Assembly: GCA_051294905.1 (NCBI GenBank) | Contig: CM119375.1 | Coordinates: forward strand, 3,410,001 to 3,474,000 | DNA length: 64,000 nt | Reading direction: 5' to 3' | From: Botryllus schlosseri | Lineage: Eukaryota | Shown: piece by piece, positions 62,587 to 64,000 of the stretch | How positions within the stretch are numbered: position 1 is the stretch's first letter | Layout of the letters: every line of letters begins with the position of its first letter | Position numbers and translations under genes: made by a program | Notes under the pieces: generated by a model | What the model saw: the letters and a program-made list of their open reading frames with translations, nothing else | Databases searched by the model: none | Told to the model about the DNA's origin: nothing

Positions 62587-64000
62587 AAACGTAGCCTTAA
62601 CGCGAGTTCGGGTAGGACGACGCAGCCCACATATGCACGAAATAGAATTAACAGAGACCATGACACTAGTTGACAATGTTGAACAACCTCAAAGATATGA
62701 TCTGTACTCGTAATCATGCACTGAGCTGATTCACAAGGCACACTGCTTCAAAACTAAATGACGGCGTTCGGTTCACGTTCGCCTTTCGGTATTTACAAGT
62801 GGAGAGGGCCCCGTTCGCAAACATGGTTTATTAGGTTCTATGTTTGAATACTGTAGTTACTACCATAATTTTACAGTGATCAAAATTCTCTGGAATTCGA
62901 CAGGGTGACATCGGGAGCAGCCTTTCCGGGAATTCAACGCAAAACTAAAGAACTTTATGACGTTAACAGAAATTCTGCTTGAGAAATCACGCCATTCTGA
63001 GTGTAAATAATAGAATGTCTATGAATATATGTAAGATGAGACCGGAAATAATGACATATAGGCTACTTGCATTAGCGCTGCTCCTGGGCATCCCGGCAAT
63101 ACCTAGATGCAAATGCTGGGCTCTCGCGCGCACAAAGTGACCTCAAATATATTTGACTTTACAAAGGAGTTGTAATAACATCCCATGATTGATAAGGCAA
63201 TTCGTTAAAGTGAGGTAGCGGAATTAGCAATGTCAGTTCATGTGGCGTTATATGGTCGTGTTCACGTTTATGTTCACAGAGAAGCTTTTACAAAAGTTCA
63301 TGTCCACACGAAGCAGAACCTTTTAATGGGCTCTTACAATTCCTAATGTATATATACATATCTTCATGTACCTCTATAATTAACATTTGTTAACATAAGC
63401 ATTGGCTAATATTACAACTTGATACTGAGGCTTGCTATAATAGACCTCTACATGAATGCCATACAGTATAGTACATTATGCCGAGAATTAATAGAACCTT
63501 ATAGTCGTTCCATATAGCCACTCGACGAATTAAGGCTATGTGAGATGAAATACGGGAATACCGAGTGATTTCCACAAAAATCAAAGCATGTATTGCCGAA
63601 AATCAGTTTCATTGGCTTATATGCGCGGCAATTATCTCCATGTACGCCATCCTAATATCAAATTTCGCCGCGCCTCAATCGCCGCGACATGGAAGAAGTT
63701 TGAAATTTCAATCTGGTTCAAGATGAAAGTGGAAACGACATTTCTCATCAGCAGATTCTCGTACGAATATATGCAAGCGTTTCCTTCCTTTGATCCGGTG
63801 TGCGTTACTTCCATATTTGAGATGCAATATCAGTAGCGCGCTCATTACGGAGGGTGTAATTTTCGTTTCCTATTGCGCCGAATGATGCCATCAGAGAAAA
63901 AAGGTGGTATCGCGTTTCAGCGGTGAAAGTCATGTATGTATTTATATGTATATGCGTTTTCTAGTATACGTAATATGTAGGACTTTCAATGAGCATGGAT

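Overview
AT-rich animal genomic DNA with several 60-70 nt introns. An invertebrate chordate such as an ascidian is plausible, but this is inferred and not verified. I can support three protein-coding genes, all on the + strand. (1) A six-exon gene at 12232-14207 that the ORF track does not recover. It encodes a 218-aa predicted secreted, helix-rich protein with 8 mature cysteines. All five introns are phase 0, it has a TATA+Inr promoter, and its 3'UTR holds a dense AU-rich element. This combination is typical of helical cytokines, and the protein has a weak resemblance to class II / IFN-lambda cytokines. It is the best candidate for an undescribed system. (2, 3) Two tandem Dmrt2-type DM-domain genes (37576-39926 and 58176-61160) share the same exon architecture, an identical 47-aa DM core and C-terminal eh1 motifs, while 25 of those 47 codons differ synonymously. 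The rest is non-coding DNA with many non-autonomous hAT elements (8-bp TSDs), an asymmetric foldback family, a tRNA-derived SINE family and two decayed coding fragments (vWA-like, C-type-lectin-like). No rRNA, true tRNA or CRISPR arrays were found. Everything was read by eye, and family assignments need database confirmation.
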